Below are positions 9,807 to 21,600 of a stretch of DNA of 64,000 nt, piece by piece. Below the pieces are notes generated by a model. The model had not been told where the DNA came from. It saw nothing but the letters and a program-made list of their open reading frames with translations, and did no database searches. Position numbers and translations under genes: made by a program. The DNA lies in assembly GCA_963711565.1 (NCBI GenBank), contig CAVQEQ010000004.1:64001-128000 (forward strand), read 5' to 3'. Every line of letters begins with the position of its first letter. Positions within the stretch are counted from its first letter, which is position 1. This DNA is from an uncultured delta proteobacterium (lineage in GTDB: Bacteria; Desulfobacterota; Binatia; Binatales; Binataceae).

Positions 9807-12800
9807 ATGGCGGGAAATCTCATCAGTGGCGATTTAGCAAAGCCGTCAGTGGCAGCTGGAAATTCTCAACTGGAAACTTACAGCGCAGAGGCCATCGAAA
9901 AATGGCTGGTCGAGAAGCTCTCGAACCTGCTCGGCGTCCCTCCGCGAGAGATAGATATCCGCGAACCATTCGCCAGCTATGGAATGGGTTCGACCGAGGC
10001 GGTCAGCCTTTCAGGAGAACTCGCAGACTGGCTTGGACGAAAAGTACCCGCCGACTTGGCCTACGAATTTCCAACTATCGAAACTCTCGCCCGTCATCTG
10101 AGCGGATCAACCGGCGAATCCTCCCTTGAATCCGACGCGCGAAGCGAGGTGGAATCCGAGCCGATCGCGATCATTGGCATCGGCTGTCGCTTTCCCGGCA
10201 GCAGCGGTCCCGACGAATTCTGGAATTCCATCCACGGCGGACGCGACGAAATCACCGAAGTCCCAGCCGACCGCTTCAAGCTCGACGAGGTTTACGATCC
10301 GGATCCAACCGTCCCCGGCAAGGTATGCACGCGATGGGGCGGCTTTGTCGATCAGGTCGATAAGTTCGATCCGCAGTTCTTCGGCATTTCGCCGCGCGAG
10401 GCGGCGCGGATGGATCCGCAGCAACGCCTCTTGCTCGAGGTGACCTGGGAAGCATTGGAAGATGCGGGACAAGCGCCCGAAAAACTTGCCGGCGGCAACA
10501 CCGGCGTCTTCGTCGGAATCTCGAACAACGATTACGGCCGGACCCAGTTCAGCGACTTCAGCCGCATCGACGCCTACGCAGGCACCGGCAACGCTCTCAG
10601 CATTGCCGCCAACCGTATATCATACCTGCTCGACTTTCGCGGACCCAGCATCGCGATCGACACCGCCTGTTCGTCGTCGCTGGTCGCGGTCCATCTCGCC
10701 TGCGCCAGTTTGCGCAGCGGCGAATCCAGCCTCGCGATAGCCGGCGGTGTCAATCTGATCCTCTCGCCCGCCATCACGATGAACTTCACCAAGGCCGGCG
10801 TAATGGCGCCTGACGGGCGCTGCAAGACCTTCGACGCCGGCGCCAACGGCTACGTCCGAAGCGAAGGCGCCGGAGTTGTCGTGCTGAAGCCTCTCAGCCG
10901 CGCACTCGCCGACGGCGATAGCATTTACGCCGTCATCCGCGGCAGCGCGGTGAATCAGGACGGCCGCAGCAACGGCCTGATGGCGCCGAATCCGCTCGCG
11001 CAGGAAGCCGTCCTGCGCGAAGCGTATCGCAGAGCGGGCGTCATCCCCGGCGACGTTCAATACGTCGAGGCGCATGGCACAGGCACTCTGCTGGGCGACC
11101 CGATCGAGGCGCGTGCGCTGGGCCGTGTGCTGGCCGACGGTCGCACTTCTGGCAATCTATGCGCGATCGGTTCGGTAAAAACGAATATCGGACATTGCGA
11201 AGCCGCGGCAGGTGTCGCGGGATTGATAAAAGTAGCGCTCGCGCTCAAGCACGCGGAGATCCCGGCGAACCTGCACTTCCAGGAGCCCAATCCTCATATA
11301 CCTTTCGACGAACTCCCGATTCGCGTGCAGACGAAGCCGGGTCCGTGGTCTGCCGAGGGCGGTCCAGCATTGGCTGGCGTCAGCTCGTTCGGTTTTGGCG
11401 GCACCAATGCTCACGTAGTTCTCCAGCAGGCGCCGGATTCGCACCTTGAGATTCGCGATACCGCCGGCCTTGAGTCGTGTTATCTTTTGCCTCTGTCAGC
11501 GCGCAGTCCTGATGCTCTCCAGGTCGTCGCGCGCACCTACCGGCAATTTCTGCCGGCGTCCAAAATCTCGCTGCACGACATTTGTTACAGCGCGAGCGTG
11601 CGTCGCGGTCATAACGACTATCGCTTGGCCGTGACCGGCAATTCATCGGATCAACTGATCGAAGGTCTGGCGGCTTTCCTGAAGGGAGAGACTCGTGCTG
11701 GTCTCTCATCGGGTCACAAAGCTCTCACCGGCGGCAGAAAGCTGGTTTTTGTTTTTTCCGGGCAAGGCTCCCAATGGTTCGGCATGGGAAGGACGCTTCT
11801 GCTCCACGAACCGGTCTTTCGCGAGGTCATCGAACGTTGCGCGCTGGCGCTTAGGCCGCACACCGACTGGTCGCTGATCGCTGAGCTCGCCGGTACCGAC
11901 GCGGACAAATCGCGGCTGAACGAAGTCGATGTAATCCAGCCCGCCCTGTTTGCGGTTCAGGTCGCGCTCGCGGCTCTCTGGCGTTCATGGGGTATCGAAC
12001 CCGATGCGGTCGTGGGCCACAGCATGGGCGAAGTCGCTGCCGCGTACGTGGCCGGCGCGCTCAGCCTCGAAGACGCGGCCCTCGTCATTTGCACTCGCAG
12101 CAAGTTGGTCAAACGCACCGTCGGACAAGGCGCGATGGCTTCCGTCGAGCTCTCAATCGAAGACGCCCGGCGCGCCATTGTCGGTTACGAAGATCGCGTT
12201 TCCATCGCGGTCAGCACCAGTCCCACATCGACAGTCCTGTCGGGCGATCCGAAGGCTCTCGCCGAAATACTCGAACAGCTAAAGGGCCGCGACGTCTTCT
12301 GCCGGATGGTGAAGGTGGACTTCGCCTCGCACAGTCCCCAGATGGATCCTCTGCGCGCCGAACTGTTGGATGCGCTTGAAGAGGTGCAGCCTCGCCTCGC
12401 AACCATCCCGATTTACTCGACGGTGCTGGACACCGTCGCCGACGGCTCCGAGTTCGACGCGCACTACTGGGCGCGCAATCTGAGAGATCCCGTGCTTTTT
12501 TCAGCGTCGATTCAGCGCCTGCTCGAAGACGGCTACGACACTTTCCTTGAGCTAAGCGCGCATCCGATCCTCCTCAGCGGAATCCAGCAAGGGATGCATC
12601 ACTCCGGGACGGAAGGCACAGTGCTCGCCTCCATACGGCGCGACGAAGACGAGCATACGGCAATGCTGCGGTCGCTCGGTCTCCTCTACAATTCCGGATA
12701 CGCGATCGACTGGAGCCGCATCTACCCCGAGCGCGGTGAAAGTGTCCGCCTGCCCGGTTACCCATGGCAGCGTCAACGCTGCTGGCTGGAGCCAGGCGCG

Positions 12801-15695
12801 GATCGCGGCCAGCCGATTCACTCGGCCACGAGAAACTCCCTGCTCGGCCAACATTTCAAATCAGCCGAGTCAGGCGGCGCCGAGTATTGGGAAATCCGCC
12901 TGGACAAGGAGTCGCTGCCCTTCCTCGACGACCACAAAATCGAAGGCGTCGCCGCCTTGCCCGCGTCGCTCTACGTCGAGATGGCATCCGCCGCCGCGCA
13001 GCAGGCGCTCGGTTCGCAATCGATCGCGCTGACAGATGTCGAATTTCACCGCGCGCTTTTTCTTCCCGATGGTGCCAGCACCACGATTCAAGTGATCGTT
13101 GCGACCGCCGCCGACGGATCAGCCTCGTTCCAAATCCATAGCTCTTCCGTGCAAGGCGGCCCGTGGACTTTGCACGCATCCGGCAAAGCCTCTTCTCAAC
13201 CTCTATCTTCTATCTTTGAAGAAGAGTCACCAGCCGAATTCCAGCTTCGAAGCTCTGAAAAAATCTCAGGCCTCGACTACTATCGCCAGCTAAGCGAAAA
13301 CGCGATCCAGTACGGCCCGTTTTTCCAAACCCTCACACAGTTATGGCTCGACGATAAGACCGTCCTCGGCGAACTGCGCATTCCCGACGGCGACTTCAAT
13401 GCCTACCAACTCCATCCCGCTATTCTCGACGGCTGCCTGCAAGTGTTGGGCGCGGCAGTAGCAACAGAAGCAAAGCGAATCGGCAAGCAAGGCATTTACA
13501 TACCAACCCGCATCGGTCGGCTCCGCGTCCTCAGCCGCCCCGGCGCACATCTATGGTGCCGCGCCCGCGTCCTCGGCGACGACGCCGGCAGTATCGTCGG
13601 AGAACTAAGACTCCTCGACGACGCCGGACAGCTGGTGATCGAGCTACTCGACGTACACTTCACCTCGCTCGGCGAAGGTCTCAAGGAAAACCTCGACGAC
13701 TGGCTCTACGAGCTCAAGTGGCAGCCCAAAGAACGCGTCTCTGAAAACCTGGCCGCATCGAGCCCGGGAACCTGGCTCATCTTTGCCGATAGCACTGGCG
13801 TCGGCGAGTCGTTGCGGCAAATCCTGCAAGCGCACGGAGAAGAGAGCGTCCTCGTCTCGCACGGCGATGCGTATGATCGCACCGACAGCACGCACGTTCG
13901 CATTCGTCCCGGCCAGCCCGAAGATATCCGCCGCCTGTTCGAGAGCGCGATGGATTCCGATCAACCCGCATGCCGTGGAATCGTCCATCTGTGGAGTCTC
14001 GATACCTCGTTTGCAAGTGATGCCACGATCGCCTCGATCGAAGCAGCCCAGACTCTCGGTTGCATCAACGCTTTGCAGGTTGTGCAGGAGATGGCGCGCA
14101 TCCAATGGCGTGAGCCGCCTCGCCTCTGGTTGGTCACTCGAGGAGCTCAAGACGCCGGCGATGATTCTATCCCGGTCGAAGTGGCTCAAGCGCCTATATG
14201 GGGATTGGGCCGAGTTATCGCTCAGGAGCATCCAGCATTTTGGGGAGGGTTGGTGGACCTGGACCCCAAGTCCTGTGCGGCCGATAGCGTAGCGCATCAG
14301 TTGTTCGACGAAATCTCTGCTCACGACGGTGAAAATCAGCTCGCATTCCGCAACGGGCAACGGCTCGTAGCGCGACTCGTTCGAAGGCGCGAATCCAGCG
14401 TTCGCGAAACTCCGATGCGATGGCGTACGGACGGCAGCTACCTGATCACCGGCGGTCTCGGAGACCTCGGCCTGAAGGTCGCGCGCTGGATGGTGTCGCA
14501 AGGTGCTCGCCGCCTGATCCTGCTGGGACGCACGCAGCTTCCGCCACGCTCGAGCTGGAGTTCGCTCGAGGCCGGCAGTCACCTGGCTCGACAAGTTGCC
14601 GCCATTCGGGAACTCGAAGAATCCGGCGCCAGTGTGCATCTGGTGTCCGCCAACGTCGCGGACGAAAAACAGATGAGCGCCTTCGTCGATCAGTTTCGCG
14701 CTGAAGGTTGGCCGCCGATTCGCGGAGTCGTGCATGCTGCCGGAGTGCTGCAGGACGGCCTGCTGCCACAACTCGACGCCGCCGCGATGAACAAAGTCCT
14801 GCGGCCGAAGATGGCCGGCGGATGGCTGCTTCATCGCCTGCTTGGCGAAGCTTCGTTGGATTTTTTCGTCGTCTTCTCTTCGGCCGGTTCGCTGATTGGC
14901 CAGCCCGGACAGGGCAACTACGCTGCCGCAAACAGTTTCCTCGACGCTCTCGCGCATCACCGAAAGGCCCAAGGCTTTCACGCCTTGAGCATCAATTGGG
15001 GCGCATGGGCCGAGTTGGGATTCGCGGAGACCGAAGGCGGCAAGAGCCTGACCCGGCACCTCGCACTGCTCGGAATCAGGAGCATGCCGCCGCCGCGCGC
15101 GCTCGAAGTGATGGAGCGGCTGTTCCGCGAAGATGCGACCCAGGTCGTCGCGATTCCGGTGGACTGGAGTAAGTATCACGAGTTCTATCCGTCCGGCACT
15201 GAGCCGGCACTGCTCTCTGATCTTGCCAATGAAGAGGCCGCGGGGCCATCGCAGGGGGCGGATTCGGGAGAAAAACGCAGCGCGATACTCGATGCGGCTC
15301 CTGCAGACCGTCCCCAACTATTGCAGTCCTATGTGACCGAGCAGGTAGCTCGTGTGCTCGGCCTTTCGCCGTCGCAACTGGACATACAGCAACCGCTGAC
15401 CAACTTGGGGCTGGATTCGCTGATGGCGGTCGAGCTGAAGAATCGCATCTCGGCGGATTTGGGTGTCAACGTGCCGATGGTGAAATTTCTCCAGGGCTTC
15501 AGCGTCGCGCAAGCGGCGACGCAGCTGCTCGAGCAACTGACGGCGGATGCCGACGGCTCAACAGAACCTCGTCCTATGGCCCGTGCGCGAGAAAACGAAA
15601 GCGACGAAGATTTGCTAGCCAACATCGACAAGCTTTCGGAAGAGCAAGTCAATTCGATGCTTGCCGAGATGCTGACCAAAGACGCGGTTACCTAG
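9807..15695 (+). CDS. type I PKS, ACP-KS-AT-DH-KR-ACP
   Basis: Loading ACP YGMGS; KS DTACSSS/HGTGT/NIGH; AT GHSMG...DFASH; DH HKIEGVAALP and LDGCLQ; KR TGGLGDLG/LQD/NYAAAN; ACP LGLDSL; no ER. Confidence 0.95.
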   Translation: MAGNLISGDLAKPSVAAGNSQLETYSAEAIEKWLVEKLSNLLGVPPREIDIREPFASYGMGSTEAVSLSGELADWLGRKVPADLAYEFPTIETLARHLSGSTGESSLESDARSEVESEPIAIIGIGCRFPGSSGPDEFWNSIHGGRDEITEVPADRFKLDEVYDPDPTVPGKVCTRWGGFVDQVDKFDPQFFGISPREAARMDPQQRLLLEVTWEALEDAGQAPEKLAGGNTGVFVGISNNDYGRTQFSDFSRIDAYAGTGNALSIAANRISYLLDFRGPSIAIDTACSSSLVAVHLACASLRSGESSLAIAGGVNLILSPAITMNFTKAGVMAPDGRCKTFDAGANGYVRSEGAGVVVLKPLSRALADGDSIYAVIRGSAVNQDGRSNGLMAPNPLAQEAVLREAYRRAGVIPGDVQYVEAHGTGTLLGDPIEARALGRVLADGRTSGNLCAIGSVKTNIGHCEAAAGVAGLIKVALALKHAEIPANLHFQEPNPHIPFDELPIRVQTKPGPWSAEGGPALAGVSSFGFGGTNAHVVLQQAPDSHLEIRDTAGLESCYLLPLSARSPDALQVVARTYRQFLPASKISLHDICYSASVRRGHNDYRLAVTGNSSDQLIEGLAAFLKGETRAGLSSGHKALTGGRKLVFVFSGQGSQWFGMGRTLLLHEPVFREVIERCALALRPHTDWSLIAELAGTDADKSRLNEVDVIQPALFAVQVALAALWRSWGIEPDAVVGHSMGEVAAAYVAGALSLEDAALVICTRSKLVKRTVGQGAMASVELSIEDARRAIVGYEDRVSIAVSTSPTSTVLSGDPKALAEILEQLKGRDVFCRMVKVDFASHSPQMDPLRAELLDALEEVQPRLATIPIYSTVLDTVADGSEFDAHYWARNLRDPVLFSASIQRLLEDGYDTFLELSAHPILLSGIQQGMHHSGTEGTVLASIRRDEDEHTAMLRSLGLLYNSGYAIDWSRIYPERGESVRLPGYPWQRQRCWLEPGADRGQPIHSATRNSLLGQHFKSAESGGAEYWEIRLDKESLPFLDDHKIEGVAALPASLYVEMASAAAQQALGSQSIALTDVEFHRALFLPDGASTTIQVIVATAADGSASFQIHSSSVQGGPWTLHASGKASSQPLSSIFEEESPAEFQLRSSEKISGLDYYRQLSENAIQYGPFFQTLTQLWLDDKTVLGELRIPDGDFNAYQLHPAILDGCLQVLGAAVATEAKRIGKQGIYIPTRIGRLRVLSRPGAHLWCRARVLGDDAGSIVGELRLLDDAGQLVIELLDVHFTSLGEGLKENLDDWLYELKWQPKERVSENLAASSPGTWLIFADSTGVGESLRQILQAHGEESVLVSHGDAYDRTDSTHVRIRPGQPEDIRRLFESAMDSDQPACRGIVHLWSLDTSFASDATIASIEAAQTLGCINALQVVQEMARIQWREPPRLWLVTRGAQDAGDDSIPVEVAQAPIWGLGRVIAQEHPAFWGGLVDLDPKSCAADSVAHQLFDEISAHDGENQLAFRNGQRLVARLVRRRESSVRETPMRWRTDGSYLITGGLGDLGLKVARWMVSQGARRLILLGRTQLPPRSSWSSLEAGSHLARQVAAIRELEESGASVHLVSANVADEKQMSAFVDQFRAEGWPPIRGVVHAAGVLQDGLLPQLDAAAMNKVLRPKMAGGWLLHRLLGEASLDFFVVFSSAGSLIGQPGQGNYAAANSFLDALAHHRKAQGFHALSINWGAWAELGFAETEGGKSLTRHLALLGIRSMPPPRALEVMERLFREDATQVVAIPVDWSKYHEFYPSGTEPALLSDLANEEAAGPSQGADSGEKRSAILDAAPADRPQLLQSYVTEQVARVLGLSPSQLDIQQPLTNLGLDSLMAVELKNRISADLGVNVPMVKFLQGFSVAQAATQLLEQLTADADGSTEPRPMARARENESDEDLLANIDKLSEEQVNSMLAEMLTKDAVT

Positions 15696-18600
15696 TGTCT
15701 GATGTATCCAATCGAATCGCCGACCTGTCGTCCGCGGAAAAACGTGCTCTGCTCGCCAAGCTCCTTAGGGAGAAAGCGCGCGCGGCCGAATCGTTCTATC
15801 CTCTGTCCTACAATCAGCAGGGGATCTGGTTTCTCTCTCAGCTCGCGCCTGAGAGCATGGTCTACAACGTCAGCTTCGCCGCGCGAATCGCCTCCGAGCT
15901 GGACGTCCCGGCCCTGCACCGATCGTTTCAGGCGCTCGTCGATCGCCATCCCTGTCTGAGAACCACCATTGATGTGCACTCCGGGAAGCCGGCGCAGCGG
16001 ATACATCACGATGCGAAGGTCCACTTCGAAGAAGTGGACGCGTCAGCCTGGTCGCGCGACGAAGTGGAATCCAGGCTCACCGACGAGGCACATCGTCCCT
16101 TCGATCTCGAGCAGGGTCCGCTGCTGCGTGTGAGTGTCTTCCAGCGCTCCGCGCAAGAGCATTACCTGTTACTGGTAGTGCATCACATCGTGATCGACTT
16201 CTGGTCGCTCGCGATACTTCTCAATGAGCTCGGCACATTGTACCCTGCCGAAGCAGCCAGGCGGGCAACGTTACCGCCGCTCAAGCTGCAATACAGCGAC
16301 TACGTCCGCTGGCAATCCGAAGTGCTGGCGGGCGCGGAAGGTGAGCGCCTGTGGGCCTACTGGCAGAAGCAGCTAGCCGGGCAGTTGCCGGTTTTGGCGC
16401 TGCCGACCGATCGTCCGCGACTGCCGATACAAACCCATCGCGGCGGATCGCATGATTTCGTCCTGAACGATGAATTGAGCGGACGGCTGAAACTGCTCGC
16501 CAGAGCTCAAGGTGCGACGCTCTATGTGGTCATGCTCGCGGCGTTCCAGGCGATGCTTCATTACCTGTCGGGTCAGGACGACCTCGTAGTCGGCTCGCCG
16601 GTAGTAGGCAGGAGTCGCGCCGAGTTTGAAGAGATCGTCGGGCTTTTCACCAATCCGGTTTTCTTGCGAGTGAATCTTGCCGGGAATCCGACTTTCCAGG
16701 AGTTCGTAAACCATGTGCGCGAGACCGTGCTGGCCGCGCTCGAGCATCAGGACTTTCCCACGTTGCTGTTGGTCGAACGACTGAAGCCTGCTCGCGACCT
16801 AAGCCGCCCGCCGATTTGCCAGACCATGTTTGTGCTGGACAAGCCGCATGGGCTGGCGGAGGACGGCGCGCCCACATTCGTCCACGGGGAAGCAGGTCCC
16901 ACCATGAACTCCGGCGGCCTGGTACTCGAGTCATTCCCGCTCGAACATCGGTCCGCATCGCTGGACCTGGTGTTGTTGGTAGTCGAATCGACGCAGTCGC
17001 TCTCGATTTCCGTAAGATACAACGCCGAACTGTTCGATCACTCTACCGTCATCCGGTTTGGAAAATACTTTGAAACTCTTCTCGAGCATGTCGTCATGCA
17101 ACCGGATGTGCGGCTAAGCGGCATCGCAGAGCTACTCGCCGCCACGGACCGGGAAGATCGGCGGCTGATGGACTTCAACCAGACCGCGTCTCCTTATCCT
17201 GATGACGTTTGTATCCACCGCCTGTTCGAAGATCAGGTGAACCGCAGGCCCGAGGGGATTGCGCTCACCTTCGAACATCAGCATCTGACCTACGCGCAGC
17301 TCAACGCTCGCGCAAATCAACTCGCACACTATCTGCGCGCGCGGGGAGTGAGACCGGAAGTACCGGTGGCGATTTGTATGGAGCGATGCTTCGAGATGGT
17401 CGTCGCGATCCTTGGCATTCTCAAAGCCGGCGGCGCTTACCTGCCGATAGATCCCGCCTACCCAAAGGAGCGGCTGGCGTTCGTCCTTGAAAATGCCCGA
17501 GCGCGAGTGCTGTTGACGATGGAACCGCTGCGCGAGCGCATGCCCGAGCAAGGAGTCCGTCTGATATGTCTCGACTCCGATTGGGAATCCATCGGAACCG
17601 AGAGTTGCGAAAATCCGCCGAGCTTCGCCACCGCCGGCAACCTGGCCAACGTCATTTACACCTCCGGCTCGACCGGGCGGCCTAAAGGTGTGATGGTCGA
17701 GCATCGCGGTCTTAGCAATACCATTCAGTGGCTGTCGCAAACGCTGGCAATCACCGCGGACGACAGCACTCTACTTAAGACGCCGATCACCTTCGACGCG
17801 GCGGGGCGCGAAATCTTTCCGACACTGTTGGCGGGCGCGCGCCTGATAATTGCGGAGCCAAATGCCCACCGTGATTGCCGCTACATCGCAGAAAAGATTC
17901 GCGACAACGGCGTCACTATTCTTCACTGCGTCCCATCGTTTCTGCGCCTTCTGGTTATAGAGCCTGCTTTCGCGGACGCCGTCGCATTGCGCGCGGTGAT
18001 GTGCGGCGGCGAAGCACTGACGCCCGATATAGTCGCGGAGTTCGGCCGGCACTCCGGGGCCAAGCTCTACAATGTCTACGGGCCAACAGAGACCATTATC
18101 GATTCAGCATATTGGCTATGCGACGGCAGCAATGGCGATTCGACAGTTCCGATAGGACGTCCCATACCTAACGCGAGCATCCATATTCTGGATGCTAATC
18201 TTCGTCCAGTGCCGACCGGAGTCGCCGGAGAGCTATACATAGGTGGAGTGAGTCTGGCGCGCGGCTATCTGAACCTTCCAGCTCTGACCGCCGAGAAGTT
18301 CATCCCAGATCCTTTCAGCAGTGAGGCCGGTAATCGGCTGTACAAGACCGGCGATCTCGCGCGCTATCAGCAGGATGGGAATATTCAATATCTCGGTCGC
18401 GCAGACTACCAGGTCAAGATCCGCGGTTTCAGGATTGAATTAGGAGAAGTCGAAACGGCCTTGGCCCTGCATCCGTCGGTAAGTCAGACAATTGTCATAG
18501 TGCATGAAGGTGCGCTGGGGGAAAGGCGATTGGTCGCGTACGTGGTCGCGCAGCCGCGATGCGCTCCCGCGGCTATCGAACTTCGCAATTTCCTCAAGGA

Positions 18601-21600
18601 CAAGCTGCCCGAGCACATGGTGCCCGCGGTTTTCGTAATGCTCGATAGCTTTCCGCTGACGTCCAACGGAAAGGTCGATCGGCGCGCGCTGCCATCGCCA
18701 AGCGACACACGGCCCGAATTGGGAAAAGCATTCGTGGAGTTCCGTACGCCCACTGAAGAATTGCTCGCGGAAATTTGGGCGCAAGTCCTCGGGGTCGAGC
18801 GAGTGGGTATCTACGATGATTTCTTCGACTTGGGGGGGCACTCGCTGCTAGCCACTCAGGTAGTGTCTAGAATCCGTGAAACCTTTCAGGTGGAGATGCC
18901 GTTGCGCCGCCTGTTCGAGACTCCTACGGTGGCCGGTCTCGCAGAAGGCATAGAGCTATCTCGCCGGAACAATCAGAACCTTCAACTATCACCTATTCAA
19001 CCTATCCCTCGAGATAGAGACCTGCCGCTGTCCTTTGCGCAGCAACGGCTGTGGTTCATCGATCAACTTGATCCGGGAAATTCGGTCTACAACTTTCCGG
19101 TAGCACTTCGCCTCAAGGGATCGCTCAACCTGGCGGCCCTCGAACAGAGTCTCAACGAAATCGTGAGGCGCCACGAAACTCTGCGAACGACATTTTCGAT
19201 GGTCGATGGACAACCAGCTCAAGTGATCGCCTCGAGCCTCACTATCACGTTGCCAATCGTAGATCTGACAGAGCTGCCCGAGGTCGAGCGCGAGACCGAA
19301 GTTCAAAGGCTGGTCGTTGAAGAGGCGCGACGCCCGTTCGATCTTGCGCGCGGTCCGCTCCTGCGAGCGAGCGTGCTTAAGCTCGCCGACGGCGAGCAGG
19401 TTGGCCTCCTCACGATGCATCATATCGTCTCCGACGGCTGGTCGGCTGGAATCCTGATTCGCGAGATGGCGGCTCTCTACCAGGCCTACTGCGCTGGGAG
19501 CCCGTCACCGCTGCCTGAGCTGCCGATCCAATACGCCGACTTTGCCCATTGGCAGCGAGAATGGTTGCAGGGCGCGGTGCTTCAAAGGCAGCTCGACTAT
19601 TGGAAGAAGCAGCTCGAAGGCAGCCCGCCGTTGCTGGAATTGCCCGAGGATCATCCGCGGCCGGCGGTGCAGACCTTTCGCGGCGGTCATCAATCATTGC
19701 TGTTGCCCAAATCCATCGGCAGCGAGTTGACCGCACTTAGCAGGCGGGAAGCGGCCACGCTCTTCATGACGCTGTTGGCAGCTTTCAAGGTTTTGTTGCA
19801 TTGCTACACCAGGCAGGACGATCTGGTAGTAGGCACCCCGGTTGCCAACCGCAACCGACTCGAGATCGAAGGACTAATCGGATTTTTCGTCAACTCGCTG
19901 GTATTGCGCACCAGCCTCTCCGGCAATCCTACCTTTCGAGAACTGGTGCGGCGTGTGCGAAAGGTTTGCGTGGACGCCTACGCCCATCAGGATCTGCCCT
20001 TCGAGAGGCTGGTCGAGGAATTACATATCGAGCGCGATCTCTCCCGCAATCCGCTGTTCCAGGTGATGTTCGTTCTTCAGAATGCGTCAATGCATGCGGT
20101 CGAACTGCCGGGCCTGACCTTGAATCCAGTGATTGCGGAAGGAGGAACCACTCACTTCGACTTAACGCTTCACATTGCCGATACCGAGCAAGGTCTGGTC
20201 GAGACCATCGCCTACAACACCGACCTGTTCGACGCCGACACAATAACTCGCATGTTAGCCCATTTTCAAACCCTACTTGAGGCGATAGTTAAAGACCCTG
20301 ACCGGCACCTTTCCGATTTATCTCTCTTAACCGATACCCAGCGTCAACAAGTGCTTTCGGGGTCTCACGACATTCATCGCAGCTATCGTCCGAATCTATG
20401 TATCCATCAGCTGTTTGAAGCCCAAGTTGAAAGAACCCCCGATGCAGTCGCACTGGTGTTTGAAGACGAGCACCTAACCTATCGCGAGCTGAACATCCGA
20501 TCCAATCGGCTTGCTCATAGCCTGCGGAAGTCAGGCGTGGGTCCCGAAGTTCCAGTCGGAGTGTGTCTTGAGCGCTCGTTGGAAGTGGTGATCAGTCTGC
20601 TGGCTATCCTTAAGGCGGGAGGTGTTTACCTGCCGTTGGATCTCGCGTATCCGAAACAGCGCATCAGCTTCATGCTGGAAGATTCCAGGGCTTCGGTGCT
20701 TTTGACTCAGAAGAGCTTGATCCAAGGGTTGCCGGAACACTGCGCGCGGGTAGTCTGCCTGGACTCGGACGGGGAAGCGATCGCCCAGGAGAGTTCGGAA
20801 AATCAGGCCAGCTCAAGCGAGTCCGAAAACCTCGCCTATATAATCTATACCTCGGGATCTACCGGTCAGCCGAAAGGAGTACTGGTTTCGCATGGCTCGA
20901 TCGCGGAACATTGCCGCGATGCTGAAAAGTATTACGAACTGAAACCAACCGATCGGGTACTGCAGTTCGCATCGATGAGCTTCGATCTGTCGTTGGAACA
21001 AATTCTGCCCACTCTCATCGCCGGGGCGCGCCTGGTCGTGGTGGGGAAAGAGGTATGGAGAGCGTCGGAATTTCATAGCAAAGCGGCCGAATTCGGATTG
21101 ACCGTAGTAGATCTTCCTACCGGGTACTGGCAGGAACTTGTTCATGAGTGGGCGATCTGCCCCGAGCCAGTTTTGAGTACGCAGTACCGGCTCTTCCTCG
21201 TCGGTGGAGACACCATGTTGCCGGAAGTTCTCAGTCTCTGGCAGCGAACGCTGCTGAGATCCGTTCGTCTGATCAATGCCTATGGACCTACTGAAGCGAC
21301 TATAACCGCAACTGCGTTCGAGGCTACATCAAACTTTGGCGAGACCGGGAAGTTTCATCGAGTCCCCATAGGTCGTCCTCTGGCTAATCGGGAAATTTAC
21401 ATTCTGGACAGGCATTGCAATCCTGTCCCAATCGGAGTTCCCGGCGAGCTTCATATCGGGGGCAGAAGCCTCGCACGAGGATATCTAAACCGGCCAGATC
21501 TGACCGCTGACAGGTTTATTCCGGATCCTTTCAGCACTGTCGCAGGCGCGCGATTGTATAAAACTGGTGACCTGGCGCGGCACTTACCCGACGGTAACAT

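Noticed and set aside
13644-15317. 557-aa antisense ORF within the PKS
   Set aside because: Shadow of the KR region; no independent features
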